A program made the translations under genes and the position numbers. The notes below the pieces were generated by a model. It did no database searches and was not told the origin of the DNA. It saw only the letters and a program-made list of their open reading frames with translations. Shown piece after piece: positions 1 through 15,512 of a DNA stretch of 64,000 nt. Within the stretch, counting starts at the first letter, position 1. Every line of letters begins with the position of its first letter. This DNA is from Lingula anatina (lineage: Eukaryota > Animalia > Brachiopoda): contig CM120643.1 in assembly GCA_051362555.1 (NCBI GenBank), forward strand, positions 29,020,848 to 29,084,847, in the 5' to 3' direction.

Positions 1-416
1 AAGTGGAAAGATTGGAAAGTACCAATTGTTATTTTAGATGACGTTCACCCTTAAGCGCGGTTTCAACAAACAATTTAGTATGAAATGAACATTCGCCTGC
101 TTCTAACCAAGATGAAAATCTAATAGTCCACGGAAAGTATGATCTTCTTCCCCAGTTACACAGAGCGAAAAGGGCCTATTAATGGATATTTATTTTGCCG
201 AATGGATTGAAATAATATAAAGTAAACCCCTTTCTTTTCGAAGATTATTATGCCATAGTTATTTCGGTAACCTTTGAGAGGACGAGCGTGCTAAACTTGC
301 ACAGTTAGTCGACAACAGCGCTTTATGAAACTCCGAATCAAAAAGAAAAATGTAAAGGTTATTAATTCAAATAATTTACTGACTTTAACGTGAATCATTT
401 TAATCAATTGCTATAG

Positions 417-573
417 GTAGACGGATTGGAAAAGAAGTTCTACGAAACAGGCGTGGAAATGCAGAGCAAGGAAGAGCTGCAACAAGAACAGGTAGCCGAT
501 GCGTTGGTGTCAAATCTCGCTGACACATTGGGAATCGCCACAGCAAAAGTCAAGAGAATGGTTGCACCAAAAG
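417..573 (+). CDS. VWA-SRCR gene 1: propeptide exon (VDGLEKKFYETG...AKVKRMVAPK); signal exon lies upstream of the window
   Basis: tag|GTA...AAAG|gtcagt; 157 nt, phase 0-1; paralogous to 26304-26466; basic KVKR motif. Confidence 0.8.
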
Positions 574-860
574 GTCAGTGATACATAAAGTAGTAACAAA
601 TAAAGGTTACATTTAAATTTTGTCTTATAATATTTATGGCCATGACCCTAGAGACCGCGACCAAGTTTATGTTATGTTCATACAAAATCATAACTGTGAG
701 TTTGACACCTTGAAATAAGTACCCACTCTGGAGAAGGGTGGCTAGCACAAATAAAATATATATAGGAAAGAACCGCGTGCTTATCTACGTCTTTTAATTT
801 GAACAATTCCCCCATTTCGCAGATTACATTGTCGTTGTTAGTAATTTTTTTAGTTTGTAG

Positions 861-881
861 GGGCTACTGCCACATCTGCAG
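861..881 (+). CDS. Gene 1: 21-nt micro-exon (GATATSA)
   Basis: ttgtag|...|gtaaga, phase 1-1; conserved paralog at 26770-26790. Confidence 0.7.
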
Positions 882-919
882 GTAAGAACAGCAGGAATTG
901 TATAACGTCTGTATTTCCC

Positions 920-1036
<117 letters not shown>

Positions 1037-1038
1037 CA

Positions 1039-2508
<1,470 letters not shown>

Positions 2509-5500
2509 GAATATTAATCCATAAATGTCTATCTCCAAATACAATTATCTTGTTAGAAATGAATCAACGATTGCGTTATCAATATTTATTTACCGAACAG
2601 ATAAGTTTTCAAAATGATCAGATAACGGGCAATTCACCTTTACTTGACATGGTGCATTCACTAGAGCTGTTGTCGTTTTTTCATTAGAATCACTTTGCAG
2701 AAATCAAGAAGTACCGATTTCATGTTCAACAGAACACAAAATGTATTTGTGTGAATTGTTTTTTTTTTTACATCGTAAAGCAAATCAGTAAAGTGGCACT
2801 TAGTACAATTTAACGTACAAGTTCAATATACCTTTTTATATTTTACGAGTATCGAACTGAATATGTTTAAAACGAAGCTTACCAAAGGCGGGGGCAATTT
2901 TCCCAGTTTGAAGACGTTTGGTGACCTGAACACTAAGTTAAAGACAATTTTGTCTCATAATCACAAATTTTGAAAACAAAGCACATCGAAAACTTAAAAT
3001 ACTTCACTGTCTGAGATAATATATATGTCAGAACAGCTTGAGCGTAAGCGAATCATAAACCAAAGCAACGTGAACAACATCATGGACCACATAGTTTTCC
3101 CGACTTTACCTAAGTACTTAAAGTTACTGGTAGTTGCATTCCTGTGCTGTTGGATATTTATAGCACAAAAAGAAACCAGAAATATCCGTTCAAGTATAAT
3201 AATTTGGGGAACTTTGGTATTTCGTGCAGTTATACAATACTACTTGTAACTATTGGTCGGGTTTGGCGGACAAAGATTGACATCTTTGAACAAGAAAAGC
3301 ACTCCGAGAGCGCAGACCTCCGCCAAGGCAGCAAAGTCTTCACCCAATGCCGTTTCGCCCCTAAAGGATGAGTGCTGATAACCATTGGCAAAGTGCCCAT
3401 TGTCAAAATTTTAAAATAATTTGTTATTATAAAGTTTATGCATATATTTGTTGCATGGAAAAATATGATTTGGTTTGAGGCATCGTAACTTAATATTTTA
3501 ATGAGTTTTATGTGTGTTTGTGTGTGTGTGGGGGGGGGGGGGTAGCCAGATTTACCTGTTGTATGCAGTCTAATGAATCAGAGCAACTTGTTTCAGCATA
3601 TATATATACCTTTTCAGCATATATATATATATATATATACCTTTTTTATATTACATAAATGTTTTTTTCTAATGAAACTTGGTACAAGCAAATGGGAAAG
3701 TAATTGTTTTTTTTTAATCCTAGAGAAGAGAGGGAGGGGTGGTGTATTACAGTATTTTCTCACAGAAGCCATCACTGATTTCACTTTACTGTATAAAAGT
3801 CTTGTAACTAGGAACACTTGTTTCAGTGTATTTACTAATTTTATATAACTTTTCTCACAGACCAGCATTTGTTGGTTAAATAATTGTATTGTTAACCAAT
3901 ACACTCCAAACAGCCTTCTCCACAACATAATTTTCAATTGTATCCCTGCCTCATGGCAAACCCCATACACCACAGGACTGAAGGGATATGTGCACAACTT
4001 CCAACTGTCTTCGAACCTGCTTTACACTGGCAGTACCAGCCACTAATGGGTCTAGTTTTGCTATGGGAGGTCTGTATCCATAATGTGTACTGGTGGCTAA
4101 AGGTGTGTCTTAATTAATTATTTTGGCTCTGATTAAATCAGGTACATCCTTGCATACACTGATTTCAAACTGGCCATCTAGCAGATGCTCATCAGTATAT
4201 TGGCTAGCTTGCTTTATCTGGTAAACCTCTGGTAATCTATTATGGGCTGTTGGTGTCTTGTTTGGACTATTTACCAAGTCAATAGGTTTTCACTGATCTC
4301 CTTGACAAATGAAGCCATTCACAGCATTTTGTTGATAAATAAAAGAAAAAAATCTACAAAGCTATTATGAATAGTGCTGGTGTAGAAGATGAGGTCATAA
4401 GTAACAAAACTAGGGTGTGTGTGACGGAGCCTTTTATTTTACTTTTTATGCAAAATAGACGTAAAAGGGGATATTTACACAACAATTCTGGTTGTACAAA
4501 ATGTACTTTCATGCCCATTAGAAGGGTTGGGTCAAGCCACCCTTATGTGAAGAGGTCTATTACAGCTTGGGTCTCTATGTAAAGTAGGAGCCACCACAAT
4601 GCACATCTGCTATTATGATAATGAATATAACTTTGAATATCTGAAGCACATTTTCCATTTAATCTTTCTTAATCCTAAGGAATAAGAATGGAAATAAGAT
4701 ATACTTACTGTATTTGGACTCTGTTTCCTCTCCATTATTATTATTATTATTTTGATAGCGTGCATTACATGAAAGTTACTTTTCTTATTTTGGTTACAAT
4801 TGAAACTATTTTACTGACTCTAACCCCTATTTTCCTTTCAAAGGCCTACATTTTTTTTTTTTTGGGGGGGGGGGGGTGATCTTTTTGTACAAAATATTCA
4901 CTGTATCTGCCTAGCCATCCTATGTAAGCATGTAGCTGCTACCTCGTGGCAGGAATAAACATGGCCGACTGCTAGCACATGGACTGAAAATGTCCCTATT
5001 TAGTTTGAGTACATATCAAGCCCAACCCTCAGACAAGCTGATTTTCACATATACACTATAGCTAATAAGTCCCCGGTCACTTTAATAGCACACGCTGTCT
5101 ACATCAGACGCGCTAATGCGCACGTCCCCGACAGTGTTAATGATAGGGGGATTACGATGGACAGCGCATGTTGCTCACAGCAGTAGGCACTGCCGCCGAA
5201 GTTAAACCGGTAATTAAGTCTTTAACTTGACTAAACATGTTTTGCTTTGTAACTTGCGTCCTTCAGTCTTGCTGTTGCGGAAGCGCCGGCGGGACATATC
5301 TCCACCTTGCCGATATTTATCCCGACTCTCGACTTTAAAAGTATTATTGGTTTTGATTTTATCAAAGTCTTATTATATCAGAAAACCTGCATATTTTCAT
5401 ACGTTAAGAGAATTATAGAAACTGTAGAAAAAGCTACTCGTACATCAGGGATAAAAAACAACACCTTGCAGCACTATTACCTATTATTCATCACCAGAAG

Positions 5501-7750
5501 TTACTGTTTCACTTTTTTCTCCCAAATTACAAAGTCTGATGACAACTGAAAGCCTTTAGCCATACCTCAGGGCAGTGGGAGTCTGGATTTGATTAAATGT
5601 AATAAAAGTATATTTTGAAGAATTTTCCTAGCCTTCGGCAATTTCCGCAAAGCTTCGGCATGCGCGGCAATACAGAGCTATCGATATCTATGTGCGTGAG
5701 CAATAGAATTGGTGGAACAACGGTTAATCGTTGAGTCGTCTGCAACCTACCCGACGGGAGTTCGTGTCCCTGTCGGTACCTTTGAAGATTTTGAAAATGT
5801 CATTATTATAAATATCTATTAATATATAAAACAGTCGTGGCTAATTGTTTTTGCAACGGAAAGCACAGTAGGAAGGTTTATTGTTATTGTTAAAGTTATT
5901 ATTACTGGGGACATAAATTAGTATGCTAATCTCTTATCATGGTATAATGATTGATACGATGGGTATCAAATAGTTTTCCTTTGATATAAACAACAAAAGA
6001 GCGGCCTTCCAAATATCTTTGCTGAATGTTTATAACGTAGGTACTATTATGCGCAAAAATATTGATACATGACGCAAACGACATTCACTAATTTTGGTAA
6101 TATCAATTTTAATTAAAATTAAATTTATTTGAAATTAAAATTAAAATTTGTCTAAACGTGCATATTACCATTCACCTTGTTTAAAGGGTTCGCAACACTA
6201 CATTCTAATACATTTTGCCAATTTTCATGTTTGCTAGTTTATTTTGATTTGAGAGAAAGCGAGAGAAGACCCTCTACTAGGGCCGCAAATTAATTATGAG
6301 TATTTTTCTTCAGTGCAAGAGACTGTGTAATGAAAAATCAATCTGTAACTCTGGTATAGGGTGGCCTTGTGTGTGTAATAATATACAAGTAGGGGCAGGG
6401 GTACAGTTTTGTAGTACAAATAGTCATTTTATACATCTTATTGATCTCATCGTCGGGTCATTGTTTACAATAGCGCTTTGTCGCTGTGCGTACCTTTTTG
6501 CATTTGAGTTAGTCAGTAACAGCTGGTGATTTTGTCTTTTTTGCGTTTCATTGACAATATTTTGGCCACCTAAGTAGGGAAATGTGGCTCTTTGTTTTGA
6601 AATGACATTTCCATTGTTCCTTTGAACATGCAAAAGTCAACACACTTACGTCAACATACTTACTTTGTAATACCAACCCAGGGGAAGAAACAAAAGCCTC
6701 ATAAGGTGTCGTCATTCACACTGTAAAAGGTGTTAATTTCATGCTTCTATTGTTTGCCCATGAATCATTATGACAAATTTGTAGGGTTGCCAGATCACTG
6801 GCGCTTCATTCAATTCTCTATATCTGCCCTGCAGCCTGGGATGAGTGATACTTGACTGACCTTTGTTTACATCTGGAGATTTTCTTTATAATTCGATCAG
6901 TGTGCATAAATTATGATATTTTCCATCAGGAAAAATACGTGATAATGTTACGATTCTTATTTTACGGATACATAATTACAAAAATTAATTCCTGATTTAA
7001 TACCCCCTATTTCAGCGCCTATTCCTGGCTGCGTTAATTATGGGGGGTTGGAAAGTAATCCGTTAGAACGCAGGAGTGATGATTGCTACTCTTACCAACG
7101 GTGCATCACCGATCAACTAATCTCAGCCACCTGAAGCAGAATCACCAACAAAAGACAAATTGGACTACATCTGCCTTCTTGTTGAGACATCTTGTGTAAA
7201 AAAGGCGATAACGGTCAAAACATACGTGCTTCGTGGTTTATTAAATGTTCATCGTATTTTTTCGTTCGTTATTCTTATGAGTTAAGCAGCTTCACCTCCG
7301 TGACACCCTTTTTATTTATTTAAACCATTGTTAGATAAACCATGGGTTTCACTCCAGATTTCACGATCGAGCAGCTGATCATGAGGAGAGTGTAGCATGC
7401 TATAGTAAACTACCCCAAATATATATACAACACCTCCAGGGTTTCACGATCGAGCAAGTGATCATGAGGAGAGAGTGTAGCAGAGAACTTCATTAATGGT
7501 CGTCATAATTGGTGGTTGCCTTGGGAAAATGAGTTACATGATTACATAATACAGATACATAATAACATAAGATTAATACTAAAATATGGACAAACACATC
7601 TGTGACATTACGTAGTAAGCTTACATTCTGGCGGCACCTAACTCAACCTCCAACCAGCTTACGTGACTCACCTTTTCGTAGTTCTTTTAATCTCTTTCAT
7701 TATTTGTTTTATGTTTTAATAAAAACAATAAACTTTATTCATATCTGCAG

Positions 7751-8311
7751 TTTGTAAGGGCCAGGCAGACATAATATTTATTTTGGACGGATCTGGTAGC
7801 GTCAGCACACCCGACTTTGCCAAACAACTACAATTCATCAAGTCTTTGGTGAGGAAATTCGACGTTGGACCAAACGCGGTAAAGGTTGGCGTTCTGCAGT
7901 ACTCAAACTACGCAGTGCAGGAGTTCAACCTCAACACTCACAGCACCGAGGCCGCCATCTTAGCCGCCGTCGACAAGATCAAGCAGAAGAGAGGTGGTAC
8001 TAACACAGCTTTAGCCCTCTCCACAGCCCGCACCAGCAGTTTCACGACTGCCAAAGGCGACCGGCCAAACGTCTCGAACATCGTTATCGTCATGACCGAC
8101 GGCAGGTCTAATAACATGGTGGCAACCGCCAGAGAAGCAAACATGCTGCGTAAGATTGCGTCTGTGTTCGCAATTGGAGTTGGGAGTAATGTTAATACTG
8201 CCGAGCTGAAGGCCATGGCTACCGACCCGGATAGTAAATATGTGTTTACTGTGACAGACTTCAGTGCGCTGTCAAATATAGAGACAAAGTTAGCCACGGA
8301 TGCTTGTGCAC
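7751..8311 (+). CDS. Gene 1: VWA domain exon 1 (matrilin/collagen VI-type)
   Basis: cag|...|gtgagt, 561 nt, phase 1-1; MIDAS DGSGS, GGTNT, TDG; flanking Cys. Confidence 0.93.
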
Positions 8312-8545
8312 GTGAGTACCCTTTTTTATAGATTAGCAAGAAAAGTGAAGCGTTGTCACCCCTGTTTAACGTTTATATACTATATTCCCAGAGAATGAAA
8401 AATATGGCAACTCATATCTGTAGTTTGACGGCCGCGATGCGGGAGTTTTCATATCTTACCTCTCACCTCAATATGTCGTACATACACTGCTGGAAAGACA
8501 GTCAGTCTTGTGCCGATAGCGCTCTGAATTAATTAAGCCTCATAT

Positions 8546-8756
8546 GGGCGTATTCCCAGAGCTTTTAGATCGACCTATCCCCGCGGGGAGTCTCACTAGA
8601 TTACTGTCAGATAATCCAGCTTAAATGTCCGTCCCGCCCACTAAAAGCTGTAAGGGGGTATCTTTCGCGCCCTCTCGGCTGAAAGCTATTTAGCGTGAAC
8701 CCCCAGGGAGTTATGTCGATCTAAAGTAGATCGATCTAATCTCTGGGAATGGGGTC
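8546..8756. mobile_element. MITE (~210 bp); second copy at 50468-50691
   Basis: TIRs attcccagag...ttagatcga / tcgatctaa...ctctgggaat; ATAT on both flanks. Confidence 0.75.
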
Positions 8757-9024
8757 ATATCCCTGACTGCCCGCTATGACGGCATGAAATAACACAACCT
8801 TTGAAGGGGGAGATGTGAAGCGGCCCTTAACTGTAAAATGGTCATTATTTGATCTACCTCCCACTTAAGGAGGTCGGTGCATGTGTGTCTGTTTGGGGAT
8901 TTGTTGTTTTAGAGCAGCTCTTTTAGGGGTGGCTGGCGCTAAAATTTAATGTAGAATTATAGGAATGAATTGTATTCTTATTTGTTTTTTTTTGTATTTG
9001 AACAATTTCTTCAAATTTATTTTC

Positions 9025-9620
9025 TTTTTATGTACAGACACAGATGTGTCTGTACGTATAGCCGTCACCTGCGTCTGTCGTCGCTGTCGCTGTCGCCGTC
9101 GTCGCCGTGCACTTTTACCGATACCACGATAAGTGGAAAACCGTTTTTTTTTCTTTTGGCTTGAAAATAACTGAACTAATGAATATTCATAATATGAAGG
9201 TCAAGTTCGAAAATCAGCATGATTGGGCCATTTTTATGGAGTTTATGCTGTTTTTTTAAAACTTTTTTCATCATATATGCAACACCGATAACACGATAAG
9301 TGAAAAACAGTTTTTCCTTTTGGATTGAAACTTACAGAACTGATGAATATTCATAATACGCAGGTCAAGTTCAAAAATCGGAATGATCAGGCCTATTTCT
9401 TTATAAAAGGATTTATGCTATACCGATAACACGATAAGTGGAAATCCGTTTTTCCTTTTGGATTGAAACTTACGGAACTGATAAAAAATTCACTATACGC
9501 AGGTCAAGTTCGAAGATCAGCATGATCAGGCGGTTTTTATAAAAGTTATGCTGTTTTTTTCACTTTTTTCAGCATTTATGCAACACCGATAACACGATAA
9601 GTGGAAAACCGTTTTCCTTT
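9025..9620. mobile_element. Helentron/HINE-like element with ~140-165 bp internal tandem repeats
   Basis: T-run, perfect hairpin gtacagacac-agat-gtgtctgtac, (GTC)-rich tract, repeated accgataacacgataagtggaaa units near 9117/9285/9422/9585; 3' end not defined. Confidence 0.6.
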
Positions 9621-12054
9621 GGACTGTTAACAGTCTCATTTTTGAACTAATTAGATATTTAAAGGTGTTCTTTTGACATTTTCTGCATCTTAAGGATATT
9701 GGTAGTTGATTATATAAAAATGATAGTAAACCTGGTATTGTGTATTGTGTAATAAAGTGTCAAAATAAAATTAAACTCATATCTTTACAATTTGTCAGAT
9801 TCAATCATTATCATGTTCAGAATCTCAAAATGGAGCAAATTGAACATTTGAAATTGTTCCATTGATATTTGTCCTATGTCAACAATGTTCTTAGTTGATA
9901 ATTCAAAAATGACAGTAAATTGATTATTGTGTTTTATATAAAAAGGGTGTTGAATATGGAAAGAAAATTATTTCAGTACAGGTATCTCTTGTTTACATTT
10001 TGGCCTTTTGAAGATGTAACTCTGAACTTCCATGGCCTTGAAGACCTTTCCATGTCATATTTTCTGAATATTCATGATACTTTTATTATATTATTCAAAA
10101 TTGGTGGTCATTTGGCTGTTAAGCATTATATAATTTTTGCTTCGAAATTGAAAGACACTCCATAGTGACCATTAAGGGAAAACCATGTCACTTACTCTTC
10201 TCAGACTTACAGAAAAGTAGCATAGGACTAAATTATGGCTTCAGTTGGAAAACCTTTCTGATCGGTTAACTTTTCTGGAAATTATATAGTTTTTTGTTAG
10301 AATTAAAATTTTCACATATCGACACTGTGAAGGTGTTACTTTGAACTTCCATTGGCTTGAAGACCTTTGCTAGTCACATTTTCTGAATATCCATGATACT
10401 TTTACTTTATTATTAAACATTGATGGTCATTATGCTGTTAAGCATTATGTTATATTGCATAAGAGTTGAAGAAAATCCTATTTTGAACACTGCTGCCAGG
10501 ATGACCATCAATGGAAAACCATGTTATTTATGGCAGTTACTGAAAAGTTGCATAGGAGTGAAGTGCAACTTGTGTTGGAAAATCATTGTGATTGTTTTCT
10601 GTTTTGGAAGCAATGCAGTTTTAAAGAGTGATATATTGTGCTACTGTATATGTATGGGGGTCAGTATGCAATTGTCCCTTGGGTAATCACAAGCTAAATT
10701 CAGGGCTATTTAGTCTAATTAAATCATTTGCCTAATTAATTTTCAAGTGGCCATTACATGAGATTACATAAAACACACGTTGATATTTCATTGTAAAGTC
10801 CCATAGGTTAAGCTCTCTTAACTGTGTCACAAAATTAGGAATCGGTGATAATTTTGCAGGGAAATGTTGTTTAATATTGCAAATAAGTTTACAAAAGAAA
10901 AAAATGTGTTATGTTAACATTAATGATATAGATGAACAATGCCTTATTATTCTCAAACTCAATGGGGTTATTCACATTATGTTGATACAACTAGATTAAA
11001 AGTATGAATAGCAGCTTTATTGGTTTATTTAAAAAGAGTTTTTAAAATTATGTTTTAAACACTAGCATCTTCAAGATGTGACTTTTAACTCCCATCCAAC
11101 AGAAGCTCAGTGCATTTTCTGTATTTCCACATGAGCAATTGTATTGGTTTTTATGTCTTTAAACATTATGTAATATTATTTTATGCACTGTCATCATTTT
11201 GCACATATTGAGATTTTCATCATGTGAATTTGGGCTCTTACATATGCTCCTAAAACTGTAGTATTACCTGTTGTGCATGATTAAATTTAAAGGGATAATA
11301 ACTGTTTGTTTTGACCAAAAATGAATTTCCCTTGAGTAAACAACAATTTTCCCATACTTAACGATGGTTAATGAATCCATTTCTACATTCAAATTTAGTC
11401 ACTGTTTTTTTGTTTTTTGTTTGGTAATAATCTCTTAAGAGATTATAACAGAGTATAGCCATCTGTGGATGTCACGTGGTCCGATGACAAGCTCAGATAG
11501 TAGACTAATAGCTATAACTGCCGTATTTGTGATATATACATATTATTTCTATTAGTTGTTTACAATGTTGTGAAATATAGATCTTATACGAAGAGGTATT
11601 ATCCCTTTGAGTGTCGATTGACTGTGCTGTTATAAGCATTATTTATTATTGTATCAACATTGACAAAATTACCTATTTTCTGCATCTTTATTTTCTGCTT
11701 TTTGCCTGTACATTTGACAGCTTTGCTGCCTCGTTTAGATGCTACTGCTGCACAGACCTTTGAGAATAAAGGGCATGGATAACAATGAAATGCATTCTTG
11801 ATAGCGTGTATTTGCCCCACCTTACGAATAAATATTATATATATTTTAAAACCAAAAATGTCAATGTCCAAGACATACAACTATCTTTGAAACAATCGAC
11901 GTTTTCAATATTTACTAGTTTTTACCAAACAGATAAAAGCCTTTAAATTTATCATGATGAAAATTTATCTCTTCGTCGGTGGCATATATACATATATAGT
12001 ATATAATCTTTTTTGCTTTTTAATGTAAAATGAATAGCTCTGTAATATTTACAG

Positions 12055-12615
12055 CCTGCAAGGGTCAAGCAGACATAACACTCATCTTGGACGGATCTGG
12101 AAGCGTCAGCGCACCCGACTTTGCCAAACAACTGCAATTCATCAAGTCTTTGGTGAGGAAATTCAACGTTGGACCAAACGCGGTAAAGGTCGGCGTTCTG
12201 CAGTACTCAAACTACGCAGTGCAGGAGTTCAACCTCAACACTCACAGCACCGAGGCCGCCATCTTAGCCGCCGTCGACAAGATCAAGCAGAAGAGAGGTG
12301 GTACTAACACAGCTTTAGCCCTCTCCACCGCCCGCACCAGCAGTTTCACGACTGCCAAAGGCGACCGGCCAAACGTCTCGAACATCGTTATCGTCATGAC
12401 CGACGGCAGGTCTAATAACATGGCGGCAACCGTCAGAGAAGCGATCATGCTGCGTAAGATTGCGTTTGTGTACGCAATTGGAGTTGGGAGTAATGTTAAT
12501 ACTGCCGAGCTGAAGGCCATGGCTACCGACCCGGATAGTAAATATGTGTTTACTGTGACAGACTTCAGTGCGCTGTCAAATATAGAGACACAGTTAGCCA
12601 CGGATGCTTGTGCAC
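12055..12615 (+). CDS. Gene 1: VWA domain exon 2
   Basis: cag|...|gtgagt, 561 nt, phase 1-1; intact MIDAS. Confidence 0.93.
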
Positions 12616-13689
12616 GTGAGTACCCTTTTTTATAGATTAGCAAGAAAATTGAAGCCTTGTCACCCCTGTGTAACGTTTATATACTTTTTTCCAGAGAATG
12701 AAAAATATGGGAACTCATTTCTGTAGAGAAGGTCGGTGCATGTGGGTATGTTTAGGGATTTTTTGTTTTAGAGCAGTGGATATAGCGCTAAAATTTAAAG
12801 TAGAAATATAGGAATTAATCTTATTCTTATATGCTTCTTTCTATTTCAACGATTTCTTCAACTTTAATACTAATGTCGTCTTTGATTAAATTCATTTTCT
12901 TATTTAGAGGCCACTGCTGAACCGCAGATAAAAATAAAATGACATGAATAATATCAATTCAATTCAATACAATTTATTTCTGTACTGGCACATGTATTAT
13001 AATGACCTTGTACAATATAATATACTAATGACAAAACAATGGGTGTGTTACCATTTCTCTAGTTGGTAATTGTGTTGCGTGTTTGTGAATGAAAAATTAT
13101 ATAATAATATCTATCTTTATATAATGAACAAATGTACTAGTTAAATTACTCATAAAATCTTTTCTCTCAGCGGCGAGATAAACCTTAGTGTGATTATAGA
13201 TTTACCATGAACACAAATCGAGAGGCATATGGATACAATCATATGTACCGGTACAATCATATGTTACAAAAAAGGATCGGTACAAACTTACAAGGGAAGG
13301 AGAACTACAATTACATAAACAGTTACTCATATATCAATATAGAAATACATTCTTGATTATCTAAGTCGGTGGTATATTGTTAGTTGAAATCATGAAGGCA
13401 ATTGTAAAGTGCCAGTGACACATTTCACAAAGCATGTATAGCTTCTTTGTTGGGTTTCACACTTGTCATTTAATATGGAGTTTTGTTTTCCAAGTCATAA
13501 TTCATCATTTATTTTTATTTATTTATTTTATTATTATTTATTTATTTATTTTTTTTTTTGCAGATTGATAGACGAAAATAATGATTAAAAAAGTGTTTTA
13601 ATCATTTTAAATTGTTTCATTATGGCATCAGTTAATTTTAATTAGTTAAAACTGAATTCGCCTTGAAGCAAATAAAGTTACATTGCCTA

Positions 13690-14800
13690 TTCTAAGTCAT
13701 ACGACAACCATAGAAAGCGATATTTTGGATCTCCATATTTTTCAAATTATCCCTATTTAAAAGACTTACACGCCCCACAAAGGGCCCTCATGCCAGTGTC
13801 TAGTGGCAGCAAAGGTCGCTGTCACGCCTGACCTCATCCGGCTGCTACAAGGGCTCTTAAATGGCAAGGCAATCCTTGAGATTGGTTTTCAGAGTTACCT
13901 GGAATAGCATTACAGGCTACAACCAAAACTTGTCCAATTTGGTTCAGTTTTGTTGTAGGACATGTAGGCCGTTGATTCGGCGAGTAACCCAAATATTGTT
14001 TATTGTTTATGTGTCAAATATGGCAATTCTGATATTCAATGTAGCTGCACATTCCCTTGGTTCGTTAAGTTATCTGCGATTAAAACTGCCCTGTGTGAAG
14101 CGGCAATCTCATAGTGCAATCTAAAGGTGTAGGTGTTCCGAAGGTGCCCCCTATCAAATGATAGTCAAGTGGTTCCTAGATTATTCCTTTATTTGATCTG
14201 GTTCAGGTTTTCATGATGGCTATCAATGGTGTTTTGACACCATAGTGGTATCCATTCAAAACGCTGACGCTGTCAGTGACCGTCACTAAAGACGCGGCAC
14301 ACGCCTTATCGTAGCCTTTTTCAGGGTGTCTGTAAACTGTAGTTCGATTAGTTGGGTGGTACAGGTGAAATCTGACCTCAGTAAAGAGAGCCATGCGGTT
14401 TCAGTGTTCTACCCAGATACGGCCATGGTTCCCAATTCATTAGAGAAACAAACGACGCTGTTTTGCTGTTAACAGTGGCTTCCTCAGAGGTCGTCTGGTA
14501 TTCTAACTCGCTGAAACCATTCTGGTGTTTACTTAAACCCTTGAAAGTGCGCTTTAGTGGCAATTTGCCCCTCATTCTGATCGGACTGGTTGTTTTTTTT
14601 TAGTTGCAGCAGTATATCCGGAAGGACAATGAGTCCTGTATTCTGGCGGTAAGATTTCGATACATTAGGTTTGGCCTCTGTGTAGGAACATCAGTCTGGG
14701 TATAACTCTTTATATCTGTGCGGACTGTTCCGTGTGACACGTGATCTGTCTGTCTTTTTCTTGACATTCTGCCACAGATTTACGATTTTGTAAATCACAG
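13690..14800. mobile_element. Unclassified interspersed repeat (also ~16310-17370; inverted related copy ~38050-39760)
   Basis: Reverse-complement similarity, e.g. aatgtagctgcacattccctt vs aagggaatatgcagctacatt at ~38700. Confidence 0.55.
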
Positions 14801-15035
14801 CTATTAAGATTATTTTTGCCATGGACTCGAGTCTTATGCACTTGGTAACACTTTGAACATACTCGACAACGTTAAGTACACTATAATATAATATAATATA
14901 ATATAATATAATATAATATAATATAATATAATAAAGTCAATATATAAAAGCAATGTTTCCACATTTTGCTACTTTCATAGTCATGAACACCAAAACCACC
15001 CAGAATTGTAAGAAACAATATGTTTGGTCAAATAA

Positions 15036-15224
<189 letters not shown>

Positions 15225-15336
15225 TAAGCGCATTGTTTACTTTATGTTTCATTTGCTACTTTTTTTTATCTTAAAAGTATTATTCATTTTTTAAATCTGA
15301 TTATGTCAAATTATTAATGTGGCTTACAAATTCTAG

Positions 15337-15512
15337 TCCCACTGGCTCTGTTTCCGTTTCCCGCGCTCATTTTGGACGAGGTACTGGTTCCATTCTTATG
15401 GATAACGTCGCCTGCTCTGGGAACGAAGCTTCTATCCAAGATTGTGGTCACAGAGGTTGGGGGAAACACAACTGTCGTCACTTTGAGGATGCTGGTGTCA
15501 GGTGCCGCACTG
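15337..15512 (+). CDS. Gene 1: SRCR domain 1, C-half
   Basis: [21 protein letters not shown]...DC...HNC.H.EDAGVRC; phase 2-1; six Cys in total (group A SRCR). Confidence 0.92.

Noticed and set aside
7938-8339. Antisense ORFs over the VWA exons (also 12242-12643 and 27958-28500)
   Set aside because: Shadow frames of coding exons; interrupted in the third paralog
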